A program made the position numbers and the translations under genes. Of a stretch of 64,000 bases of DNA, positions 28,524-39,541 are shown in pieces. The stretch covers positions 53,683 to 117,682 of the forward strand of contig MU271188.1 in assembly GCA_021432655.1 (NCBI GenBank), read 5' to 3'. Within the stretch, counting starts at the first letter, position 1, and every line of letters starts with the position of its first letter. Source of the stretch: Atractiella rhizophila. Its lineage: Eukaryota. The notes beneath the pieces are model-generated. The model was given only the letters and a program-made list of their open reading frames with translations, was not told where the DNA came from and did not search any database.

Positions 28524-30221
28524 TCATTTCCCAATACAAAAATTCCCGAATATTTCTCCCAAAACGTCTTCTACATCTACGCCGCCACCAATCAACCGTT
28601 CAATCTCCGTCGTTGCAAGTCTCAACTCTTCGGCCGCAAAAACAATATCTTTGAGGTCACATTCTGTAAAATAATTAGGATTGGGAAAGACAATAAAAGA
28701 AAACGACGGACTGAGAAAATCTTCCAAGTTTTCGACACAAGCACGGGTATTCGACGCCTGACGAAGGTTCATGATCCACCCCTCCTCCTCTCCTTCAACT
28801 CTCTCATTGTCAGATAAAGTGCAGTTCTCCAACGCCTCTTCTAGTCCGGTCTCCACCTCTCCTAAATCCCCTGTCTTGACGCTACCCACGAAAACTCGCG
28901 CTTTCGTAAGCCCATAGGCTGAGGACAGGTGAGATTTAAGGGAGACCGATATCGAAGAGAGGGAAGGTGAAGAGGAAGGGAGAAGATCTGATTTATTGAG
29001 GAGGACGAGAAGGGGAGACGTGGGTGAAAAGGATCGAAGGAGCTGGGAAATGGATTTGTTCAATGCTGGTGGCTGGTCGGCAGTTGAGGAAAACGTGTCG
29101 GGTATGGAAAGGAGTAGTAATGGAAGTGTTGCCCGCTTTACCCTATACGAGGCTCACTTGTCACAACCATTTGTATAGACATAAATGAAGAAGACGTACG
29201 CATCTATTGCTTTTTCTATCCCTATCCTCTCGATCTCCTTCTGTGCCTCCGCAAAATTTCCGGAGCTCTGATCCTCCATATCTAGGAACCTCAATCCCGC
29301 CGTATCACTCAGTAGGACTTTGAAGCCCTTGTAATCTATAGGAGTCTCGATTACATCCCTTGTCGTTCCCTCAAACGGAGTGACTATGGAGACCGTGTTC
29401 TTGCTCAGCCAATTCGTGAGCGAAGATTTACCGGCATTCGGAGGACCAAAGATGGCTATCCGTGTGCCTTCCGTCAAGAGTTGAGTGCGTGAAGTTTTCT
29501 CAAGTTGTTTCTTAAGAAGCTTAAGCAGGCGTTGGACGGTCGTCCTGGCTTATTTTGCGATAAGTTTATGCTGCTCAAAAGGCGGAGAAGTAAGAGGATG
29601 AGACGCACCGTCCTCCCATGCTCCGCTCCCTTCTCCCTCTCCAATACCCTCATTATCCCCTCCATCCGTCTCTCCAAACTCAATAACCGCCTCTACTCCC
29701 GCTCTAGCTTTGATAATTTCCCTCTTGACGCTTTCCCACGCATCTTTGTTCCCACTCTTCTCGTTCCAACGCTGTACGACCCGCCTCTCTCTCTCAGTCG
29801 ATGCCCCCATGAGAGCAGCGAACGCTTCAAGCCCCAACATACCCCCAGGCAAGCGGTTCGTACGAAAAGATAGTTGAGTGAATTCGCCTCGATGTGCGGG
29901 TCGGAAGCCTTCCAAGTCACTGAGGAGAGACAAAGCCTTTCGAACTATGGGTACGGCACCGTGGAGGTGAAATTCGACGGTGTCATATGGGGAGAGAGAA
30001 TTTTTTGTGGGGGGAAGGTGGAATGCGAGAATGCGATCGACTACCTCTTTAGAGGGGGAAGGAGAGAGGAGAGATCGATAGTAGGCAGTTCGAGGACGAG
30101 GGAGAGTAGGTGGATGTAGGAGTGAGAGAGAAGAGAGGGCTGAGGGACCAGTTATACGGATGATCGTGATTGCACTTGGCGAGAGGGAGGTCGGCGCAAC
30201 GATGGTGTGGAGCAGTGACAT
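28524..30221 (-). CDS. MSS1: tRNA modification GTPase MnmE/TrmE (Mss1/GTPBP3)
   Basis: [29 protein letters not shown]1 [27 protein letters not shown] and C-terminal FCIGK. Confidence 0.94.
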
Positions 30222-30250
30222 CGTATTGTTCTCCTGGAATCAAATCTCAG

Positions 30251-30468
30251 ATATGTCGTTACTCAGGTTGCTGCTCTTGCAACAGCTCAATCTCCCCATC
30301 TCTCACGGTCCAATGAATCATTCATTGCGTGTTTTAGGAGATGCTTTAGAAACAAGGGAGAACAGTTCAGCATCGATCTGCGAAACAGGGAATACGAGCA
30401 CTGAGGTTGAGCAAGGCAGAGGTGTCACGGTAAGAAGGATGCTGCAAAGGAGCATGAGAAAATGGCGC
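30251..30468 (-). ncRNA. Candidate structured (H/ACA-like) RNA in a predicted 5'-UTR intron of MSS1
   Basis: Nested stems 30453-30465/30296-30307, 30438-30444/30368-30374 and 30416-30420/30377-30381. ACA at 30256-30254, 3 nt before CUGAG. Intron predicted at 30503..30234. Confidence 0.3.
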
Positions 30469-30840
30469 CTGATCCTCTCAAAAATCCATTCACTATTATT
30501 CACCGTCTTATTTTCTGTAATAGACAAGTGATTCAGTATACTAGACTGTGGCACCACGACTTTGGAAGGCTGGATGGGATGTTTAGAAGAGCCCAGAGAG
30601 GCAAAGAAAGATGGGAGGGCCAAAGTCTCAGGGCAGCTAAGAACTCACCGGTACTCTGTACAAGTCTCTTATAGTCTGAGAGATAAATATGTATAAGTTG
30701 TATTTCGCTTCTGAGGGCTGGGAAGAATCTTGGTGGACGGAAGGCTGAGGGAGCCGAAGTTGGGAGCCGAGGGAAAGTTGTTGCAGCACCATTTTCTTGG
30801 ACGCGTCTGCCATCCATTTCATTGTCTGCAAGAGCTCAAA

Positions 30841-32729
30841 ATGTCAACGCCAGAAGGCCACGCCCTTTCCTCCCAAAGCGGCATTATTTCCCGTCTGACC
30901 TTCCATCCTCAGGATCCCGACCTCCTCCTCTCTGCTTCGTGGGACAACACTCTGTGTCTGCATTCCCTCTCACAGGATGTACCTATCCTCAGAACCAAGA
31001 TCAGTATCGGGTGTCCGGCGCTGGACTGCTGTTGGGGACGCGTGGAGGGGGATGGGGAGAGGATGGCTTTTGTGGCGGGAACGAGAGGGGTGGTACATGA
31101 GTGAGTCTCTATCTCTCGTATTGGAAGAGTGAGAGTAGAATGAACGTGTCGATGGTCGCATTGCTGAACTTCCTGCTGTGCCCTAACTGCACTCATGGTT
31201 GATTTCTCGCTTACGTCCTTATCGACGTATATTCCCCAGCTTGGGTCCCTTTTGATGAATGATGAATATATATGGTAGCGGATCCAAACCAGTCTTCTGC
31301 TCCCATGGTTACTTTGAGGAGCGATGAGAAGACAGTGACTGCAATTCTCTAATCCTTTTTTCTTGTCGGGACTGGGAAATCGACCAGTGCAGGGGCAACT
31401 GTGTTAGGCTTACCTTCGTAATACTTTGTAGGAAGAGATTTTGTACTTAATTATTCGGATATCTGGTCATGCTGTGCTCATGAAACTTTTATTTGGCTCT
31501 CACCTCTTATTGTTTGCTTGCACAGATTGCAACCCGTTACCAGTGGCGAAGGACGATTGCTATTCCTATCACCTTTGAGCGGAAATAGCGATGGCTTTCA
31601 TTATTTTTCTTTAATTTGTTCTCTCTGCCAAACCACCTTTCCTTCGTAAACTATGATGCGACATGCTGATCTTGGTGTCTCCCTGCAGGATTGATCTCGA
31701 GACTCAATCTCAACGCGTCTTAGCAAAACATGAAGCGCCTGTCAAATGTCTAGCATGGGACGATGCATTGAGTGGGTCTAATTCTTTCGTATCTGCGTTA
31801 AAACAACCTGAGCTGATGGACACAATGTAGACGGCGTCGTCTCCGCCTCCTGGGATTCCACCATGGCCCTCCACGACCCTCGCTCTCCCACTCCCACCGC
31901 CTTCTCCATAGCCCTTCCCGCCAAAGCGTACTCGCTTGACGTCGTCCGGGACAAGGTGTTGGTAGCGATGGCAGAGCGTAAGATATGGGTATGGGACGTC
32001 CGTCAGCTCGGTTCACACTGGCGGGGAGGTCCTTCCGATGGGCAGGACGGGGTTTGGCAAAAGAGGGAGAGTAGTCTGAAGTTCCAGACGAGGTGTGTGA
32101 AAGGCATGCCGAGTGGTGAAGGTGAGTCTTCCCTCTTCCCCATCCCTCCTTTATGCCTCGTCAAGAACAACACCTGGTTGATCAAGGATGTATGTACGGT
32201 ATAGGTTTTGCGACCTCTTCGACTGAAGGAAGAGTGGCGGTCGACTTTTTTGACCCGACGAAGGAGTCGGCTAAGTATGCATTCAAGTGTCATCGAAAGG
32301 TGATCAATGGAGTCGACACCATTTATCCCGTCAACGCCCTCGCTTTCCATCCCATGTAAGCTTGCCGTCGCCCGTTCACGGTGTTGATCCCCCTCATGAC
32401 CATTTTCGTTTTAGACACGGTACATTCGCCACTGGCGGATCGGACTCAATGGTCTCCGTTTGGGATGCTGCCGCGAAGAAGCGTTTACGACAGTTTCCTC
32501 AGTATTCTGGCCTCGAAATTACCTCGTTAGCATTCAACGTCGATGGCACACGACTGGCCATCGGGACGGGAACGATGTTTGATGAACAAGGAAGGATCGG
32601 TTTGAAAACTGACGGAGAGGGCGGGAAGATTTGGGTGAGAGATGTGGGCATGGATTGCAATGTGAGCCCCTTCTTTACTCTGTTGGTCGAACAGTTAGCT
32701 AATGTGTCCTTGGATAGCCTAAAAAGTAG
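30841..32729 (+). CDS. BUB3: Mitotic checkpoint WD40 protein Bub3
   Basis: [44 protein letters not shown] and [26 protein letters not shown]. Last micro-exon PKK-TAG. Confidence 0.93.
31170..31666 (+). ncRNA. Candidate large structured RNA (H/ACA-like 3' end) in BUB3 intron 1
   Basis: 588-nt intron (31101..31688) with at least six complementary segment pairs and a terminal hairpin followed by ACA (31661-31663) next to the branch point. Confidence 0.45.
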
Positions 32730-33048
32730 GCGTTACTTTCAGTTTGTAGTTGAGCCACTTAGAATGGAGTGGATTTTCCCCTTCTGCTCTGGATGTTGTA
32801 TCTGCATTGCTATTTGTTTTCCTCAATGAATAAAGATTCGAGAATTCAGGTCAGAATTGTGCACTTTCTAATTATGCACTATGCGAAGCATGCAGGAAGC
32901 AGTCTAATATGGAAAGAGAAATGTTGGCAGTGAAACCTCGAGTCATGTCACGGTTGCGAACAGTTGCGAATAGATCGGAATAAAACAGCTGCACCGTTCC
33001 TTTCTGGTCTCTCTCTACGATATAGTCTGCCTTTCGTACCTACCCGTC

Positions 33049-34727
33049 ATGTCGCAGCCAGCGTGGATAGTTCAGGAGCTTGCAAAATTGACAGAGCTAG
33101 GTTCGTCTTCACCATCTCGACTCAGAATATTCTCATCTGCATCAATGCTAGACACGGAAACAGTATCAGTGCAAATTATACCTTATTTGCAGTCCATGAA
33201 AACTCACGCAGAAGTTTCTGAGTACCTCAGTGTGACTATCTTTTACAGTGTCGAGTCCCCAAAGTCCATTGAGAAATTCTTTATAGGGACTGCTGGGTGT
33301 GACACCATCATCTTCTGCTTACAGACAACGATATCTCGCCTTCCGCTTTCCCCATGCTAAACCAGCACCTCAACAAGCAGCGCCATCGGGACCTTCAAAA
33401 CATCATCCAAATCCTCAATGGGTGAAACCAGCCTCCTCGGCCACGACTCCAAGTGGCAGCAAGGCTGGCAGCAAAACTGGGACACCGAGAACGCAGACTC
33501 CAGTGGTCGATGAAAGGGTTGTTCAAGCGGCTTTTGGAGCCGGGGGTACTGTTTATGTGAAGAATAAGGACGAGATCACTTTTGCTGGGACAGGAAAGGG
33601 GAAGGGGAAGAAAGCAGCGGCTGGATCCGGACCGCCTTCCCTGGCTTCCAGCGCACAAGTTTCCAAAGTCCCAACTCCAGTTGCAACTCCCCCACCTCCG
33701 CGATCCTCTCCGATTACTGTGGGAGAAACCCCGTCGACGTCGCATCACGATTCTTCCAATTTACGACCGGATGATCACAAGAAGATCACGAAACCAATAG
33801 CCAACAATCCGAAATACAAGAATTTCTCTATTTCGGCATTGGAAACTTTATCTTCCATCGAAATATCTCTTCGAAATCTCTCCACTCCTCCCACCACAAA
33901 GCAATTGTTGAAACATCGCTGTTTTTGCCGTTGTAAGATCTACTTCCTCTCCTCCTTTGTTCGCAATGCTAACTCTTTCGCTCATAGCCAAAATACATCC
34001 TCTGTCCCCTTTTGTCCCCATGTGTTCCTCTTGCGGCCTAATCCTTTGCGCCTTACACCTCCCTCTGGCTCCTTGCCCCTCCTGCTCGTCCCCAATCTCG
34101 TCTCCAGCATCGATCGCAGCTAACGTCGCGACCCTTCATTCACAGCGCGAGGCCCTCGTAATTTCCGAACGAGAAAGGATCAAGAGCGTCCAGCTAGAGA
34201 AGTTTCCTACATTAGCAAATGGCACACAGCCAAATGCACCCATCAGAGGAGCAATGCTCAACTATTCAGAAAAGGCAGGTGGGGGATTGGACATTTACTC
34301 TAAAATTGACGCAGCATACGAAGAGAAGATTCGGGAGCAAGAGAGGAGGGAGAAGCCGAAGGTTATCAGTTTGGATATGAAGACCAAAAAGGCTACTGTT
34401 TCAGGAGGAGGGAAGGGCAAGAAGGGCAAGAAGGAGGAGACGAAAAAAAGCGGAGAGAATAAAGAGTCAGAGGAGAAGGAAGAAGATGACGATGACTTGG
34501 ACGGGTTACCTGCCTGGGAAGATGAAGATGATGACGGAGTTTGGAAAGCTGCAGGGAAGGCGCCGACAAAGGAAAGTGTCGATGACGAAATGAGGAAGGA
34601 GAGGCCGTTTCTCAACTGGCGACTGCCGCCATCCCAACACCCTACCTACGTGCCGAGAGGGGAAGTTGATGTTGGAGGCTGGAAGCCTGTAGATGATGAA
34701 GAAAGTGATACGGTGGGAGCTAAATAG
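33049..34727 (+). CDS. RQT4: zf-C2HC5 protein, Rqt4/TRIP4 (ASC-1)-like
   Basis: Spliced CFC..KIHPL..MCSSCGLILC......PCPSC zinc finger, an N-terminal helical segment and a charged C-terminus. Confidence 0.75.
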
Positions 34728-34787
34728 AAAAGTAGTTAATACTACACTAATATTTCTACGCGCTAATCTCTACACAGAGTAAAGCAT

Positions 34788-35873
34788 TCAATAAGAAGGC
34801 TTTAGTTCAGCATTCTTCGAGGTAGCAACGTTAAATTCAGAGGCAACCGCCATCCTCAGGACATCTGCATCGTTCGTAATGTTGATCTGTTATTGATTAG
34901 ATTGAAGCATCATGCGTAAGGTTTAACAAAACTCACCAGGTCGAAGCCTTCCTGCGCTCTTCCTTTCCCTAGCTCTGCAGTAGCGCAATAAATGGCACAA
35001 AGCTTGTTGTTTTGCTTGCAAGTCGCAAGGATATGTTGGATCATCTTCTCGGCGTCGGCATGTGGACGGGGATTTGGGATTGGGATCCCATGCGAGATTG
35101 AAAGGTCGTAGGGACCGATGAAGAGACCATCAAGTCCTTCTACTTTAGCTATCTCTTCGACGTTCTTGTATCCAAGCGGCGTTTCGATCTGCTCATCGAA
35201 TTCAGCTTGTCACGCAAAGCCGAAAGGGCCAGTCATACCTGACACAAAACTACAATCCTCTCATTGACTCCAGCAAGGTATTCTCCTACTGTTGTTCCCC
35301 AAGTACCAGCGACGAAAGGAGATCCATGGCCTCTCTTTCCCTGCGGAGGGAAACGACACCAAGAAACAACTTCTTTTGCCTGCTCTACCGTCTCCACCAT
35401 GGGGACCATGATTCCTGCCGCTCCTCCATCAAGGGCGAGCTTAATTTGCCAGCCAATGCTGTCGCTTGCTCCTGTTGCTGGTATACGAACTAGTGCTGCC
35501 GGAGGCTGGGTGGAAGAGGTTTGGATTGCCGCTGTACTCAATCTTCAGTTCCCGCTGAGACAGGAGTGACGAGAAACAAACCTATAGATTCGAACGCGTT
35601 TTGAATAGATATATGCCCATGCTCGCAATCAACCAGTATCCTTTACAGATGGAGTTAGGAATTGCATAAACAAGCAGGAGTGGCGAAAGTACCATGAAAT
35701 ATCGGGACTAGCCAACGCAACGTTTCTCGCGTGACCAGTGCCTACAATTCACATCAGATCGTGAACACCCTCGAGCTGCTCAGCCTGTACACACCAGGCA
35801 TTGTGAGCCAAATGCCAAACGCTGCCTTCTTCTCCTTGATCGACACGGTGAGGTTATTTGCTTTTGGCGACAT
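34788..35873 (-). CDS. HpcH/HpaI aldolase/citrate lyase family protein
   Basis: AFGIWLTMPG, ILVDCEHG, ALVRIP, IKLALDGGAAGIMVPMV, RFPPQGKRG, QIET and GLDGLFIGPYDLSI. Confidence 0.9.
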
Positions 35874-36739
35874 TGTGTGCAATCCAGCTATCAAACCGGA
35901 GCGACGGAGTGGATATGATGAAATAGTGAAGGGATAGGCAATTCTCGTATAGGGACGAAAAAAGGAGGATGCTGATAACTCTCGTCTTTATACCTCAGCA
36001 AAAACCTCATCAGCTTGATCTTAATCTATTTGACGACGGTCCGGTTCTTTACCCCACCCTGACGCGGGGTTGCCGAGGTACGGAAAGAAAGAACTGAGTG
36101 AAAGTAAGTGAAGAGGTGAAGGAGTTCCTACGCACCAACACCAAGTAAGAGAAATTTAATGTCTTGTACGTGGAAGGTGTGGTGACTGACAGACAGCTTA
36201 CATTATTCACTGGAGGTTCTAGTGAATGCAATCGATTGCCACCGCACCACCTAAGAGATGGGCATAATAACATCTTCCTTGTCCAAAAGCGAGTGATGCG
36301 TGCATAAAGTCTGACAATGTCATCTGGCTCCAGCTTCATCGATGTTTCATCGACTTCATCTCTGGAGTCTTACCAATAATGGCTAAAGTACCAAATCGTT
36401 TGTGAGAAGAACAGACGTTGAGTTTTAATCATTTGAATGGAGCAAAGACGTTTGGCTCTCATCGAATGTAGCCAGTGAACGCGGAATTAGAGCAAAAGAG
36501 ATTGGTGGATGGTGGAATCCAAGCTCAAAGCTATTCGCAGCATAGACACTCACCGTAAACAAACACTCCCTCTAATGAGGAGCATACCCTTCGTCTTTGT
36601 TATAGCAATTCTTGGTCAAGGGTCGAGGAGACCTCCAAAAAGGTAAGTGCTGTACATCTTCAAAGTCACGTGGACAATTGACAAGGAAAGAGAGTTTCTC
36701 GTTCGGGAACAATACAGCCTCGCTGTTAATGCAAAGAGT

Positions 36740-37289
36740 TCACACATTTGCTGATAATACCATACACCTGTCCAAACGCATCAAAACCCGCAATGCCAAT
36801 GTACACACCTCCATATCCGCCCCAATTGAAGATGAACCGATCTCTCATACTTCAGCCGTTCTCGTGGAAGTCCTCCTCTGGCGCGGCGTATCCGTTCCCG
36901 ACGCCGATGATCTGCTTTGTAAAGTTGGACCAAAAGATGTCGAGCGTGCCCCTGATGTTTCCGACTGGATAACACGATATCAGCGACATCCAAACATTTA
37001 CGGTGAAGACAGTCATACCCCAGCAAAAGGAGGTTCGTCAAGCTTCTCCTCCTCTTCAAGCTTGACATCTGCAACTCCTTCAGCGCTGCCCAGATCTTCC
37101 CAGCTACCTCGACGCTCACGTTCTTCCACCACCTTGAGTTCAGCAGATGGTGTTCTCTCGCTTCTTTCGCCCGTTGTTCCGCTGCCGATCGCGTCAACGC
37201 TGCCATGCCAGCGAAAGGGAGGACACACCTTGGACCAGCGACAGGTTCTTCAGGTTCGCTCATATCATCGAGTTTATGCATCCTCCTAG
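36740..37289 (+). CDS. Possible last exon of a weakly supported orphan gene overlapping the seipin 3' end
   Basis: ORF 36612..37289 has a protein-like middle part (VLVEVLLWRGVSVPDADDLLCKVG...WITRY) and there is an upstream GTAAGT donor. No family is recognised. Confidence 0.2.
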
Positions 37290-39124
37290 ATTCCCTCGCC
37301 CTTCCCATCATTCTTCGTGCTTCTTCCTCCTCTTCGTCATCTGCCGCCTTCATCCGCCTCAGAGTTTCTTCTTCCTGATCTTCCATCCCAGCGGAAGGGT
37401 AGTAATAGTACCAAGCCAGAAGAGCGCAAAGGAACTGCAAGACAAAGAAGAATCCACCAATAAAGATGAGGGAAATGAACGGGTGGTAATACATGAGGTA
37501 GCTGCACTACAGTGAGGTTTGGTCCTATGGGGTTGAAGGAAAACGTACCGCATTCCTGCGAGCCGTGCAACTACTTCCAAAGTTGCACGGTTGACGATGA
37601 GCTCGCCTCCTCTCCCACGACGGTCCACGATCCGTCGACCTCGAAGAACATCGCCATCGGAGAGACATTCCGGCTGATACTCGTCTTCTCGTCCTACCTC
37701 AACAAGTGCAGTTGTCACTTTCTCGGCTACTGCTCGATCGCGCAACAACGGGACCTTAAGTCGCACGACGTCTGAGTCTGGGCGAGAAGAGAACAGACGT
37801 AGGGGGAAAGAGAGGGAAGTTGATATGCCGTGAGGTTGGGGAGGAACGACCGACTGTGCAAGACGGGTCAGGTCATATCTCATTACCAGTGAGTAAAGGA
37901 CGCGTCGTACAGCGAAAAGCTCGTCAGGAAAAGGATAGCAATAAAGGGAGCCTTCATTAAAATGCGGCGATTCAACATAATTTGCCGGTCTCTCTCAACA
38001 GAGCTGTATGGAGCGAATTTTCTCCTAGGGCATACAGTAAAGTGCTTCTGTGTGGTATGCACTCGATTTCTCGACTATCCAGGATCAACTCTTCGCGTCA
38101 TACATAGCTAATCGAATCCACTGCATATTTACTTGCAGGTAAATCCATCTTTCTTTCACACCACAAATGGGCCGTCTCTCATATGCCCCAATTTACCTGA
38201 CCTATTTGCTATCAGTCTGCCTGAGTATTGGAGCTATCTTGAGGATATGAAACCATTAAGAATGCGCCATGTTCTCAGAGCTCCTGAATCAGCTAGGCAT
38301 CCGAAGCATCATGAAGGTTGCTCAGTGTTCCCCAAGTGCTCAAGAACGTCAAGGTATGCGAAACGAATTTCACATGCCAGGGCGGCAACTTGGTTGGCCT
38401 TGAGTGCAAGCAGATTGGATGAAACAAATGGAAGGACGAGCCACGACTTTCCCACCTTCAAAAGTTGCGATATAATAAAGGATCGAAGATGAAAAAGAGA
38501 ATAGATGCCCTTCTTCTCCCGCTCTCTTCAATGGCACAAGCTCCCCAACATGTCGTTGGCGTATGCCACTGAGCACGAAGCAAGCAAGGTAGTTCCATCT
38601 CTTCTCGTGCATTGATTCGTAAGAGCAAAAATGGATCTCCCTTCAACCTATCCTCCAACAAAAAGAGAAAGACATACATGTTTCCCCATCCTAACTACCG
38701 CCCGCTCACCCTCCCCTCGCAGTTCCAATGTGACCATGAAATTAGCTCTTCCCTCATTCAAGGCTCCCGCTCCACTCCACCTCGGGACCTCCAACACCAA
38801 TCGGGCATCATAACTCTGACCCTTCTTCCACCAGCCTCCGAGATCTACGACTGCGAATGGTGGTCTGGAATAACCGAATTGGAGGTCGAGCGGAAATGAA
38901 GCAGAGAGAGAGGGTCGATTTATGAGGAAGGACTGGAACAGGTAATAGGTGGAAGTGGAAGTTAGGATGGTTGTTACGAAGAGAGCGCAGAGGAGGAGGG
39001 ACGACGTGAATATGGCACGGTAGGAAGAGGCTCGCGTTAGGGAGTTGAGGGTGGAGATCAGCGAACCAACGGTGCCTTCGCTGCCTGCGTTCGAAGGAGC
39101 TTTCCTTGGCTGAGGTGAAGCCAT
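37013..39124 (-). CDS. SEI1: Seipin (Sei1/Fld1/BSCL2), lipid droplet biogenesis protein
   Basis: TM1, then PLDLQFG, GQSYDARLVLEVP..LNEGRANFMVTL, ATLEVVARLAGMRY.MYYHPFISLIF (TM2) and an acidic tail. Introns at 38677..37854, near 37500-37545 and near 37183-37229. Confidence 0.88.
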
Positions 39125-39541
39125 TCGCGTGTGTCCTTGGTGGTTTCGTTGTCAAGTATTCTGAGGGCAGTTAATCATTCAACCCGTCGTTTCTTGTGAT
39201 TGGCACCGGAACCGAAAGCATTGATCATTCCCGAATCTCTTTGTTCGCGAATCCACCGAATCCCTCATCCACGCCAGCATCCAAGCACATCCAAAGAGGA
39301 GAAGCAGCAACGCTGCAGTACGAGAAACCAGTTCGTAAGCCTTCTCGTGCCCATGTAGGGCTCGGTGGCTGACGCGCTTTGCTCTAGAATATTCCGTGTT
39401 GGCATACCTGACCGTCACCGCGCACCGCGATCAAGCAGCTTACGACTCCTAGCCTCCTTCACCTTATAAATCGTGCGCTCCTTCCCTGCCCTCTACATAC
39501 CGCTGAAATACAAACTATATTGTCAATTAGAGTGAACCAAG

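Noticed and set aside
30533..30831. Short minus-strand ORFs between MSS1 and BUB3, one containing LYR
   Set aside because: They start within ~10-50 bp of the BUB3 ATG and lack the rest of the LYR-family pattern, so they are more likely promoter or 5' UTR.
31178..31190. CCCUAAC as a telomerase RNA template in the BUB3 intron
   Set aside because: It is only 7 nt, shorter than the ~1.5 repeats expected, and it lies in a predicted stem.
38425..38460. GGUGGGAAAGUCGUGG in the seipin intron resembles RNase P RNA CR-I
   Set aside because: I found no downstream CR-V segment able to form helix P4 in the proper A-rich context. A cmsearch with RNaseP_nuc would settle it.
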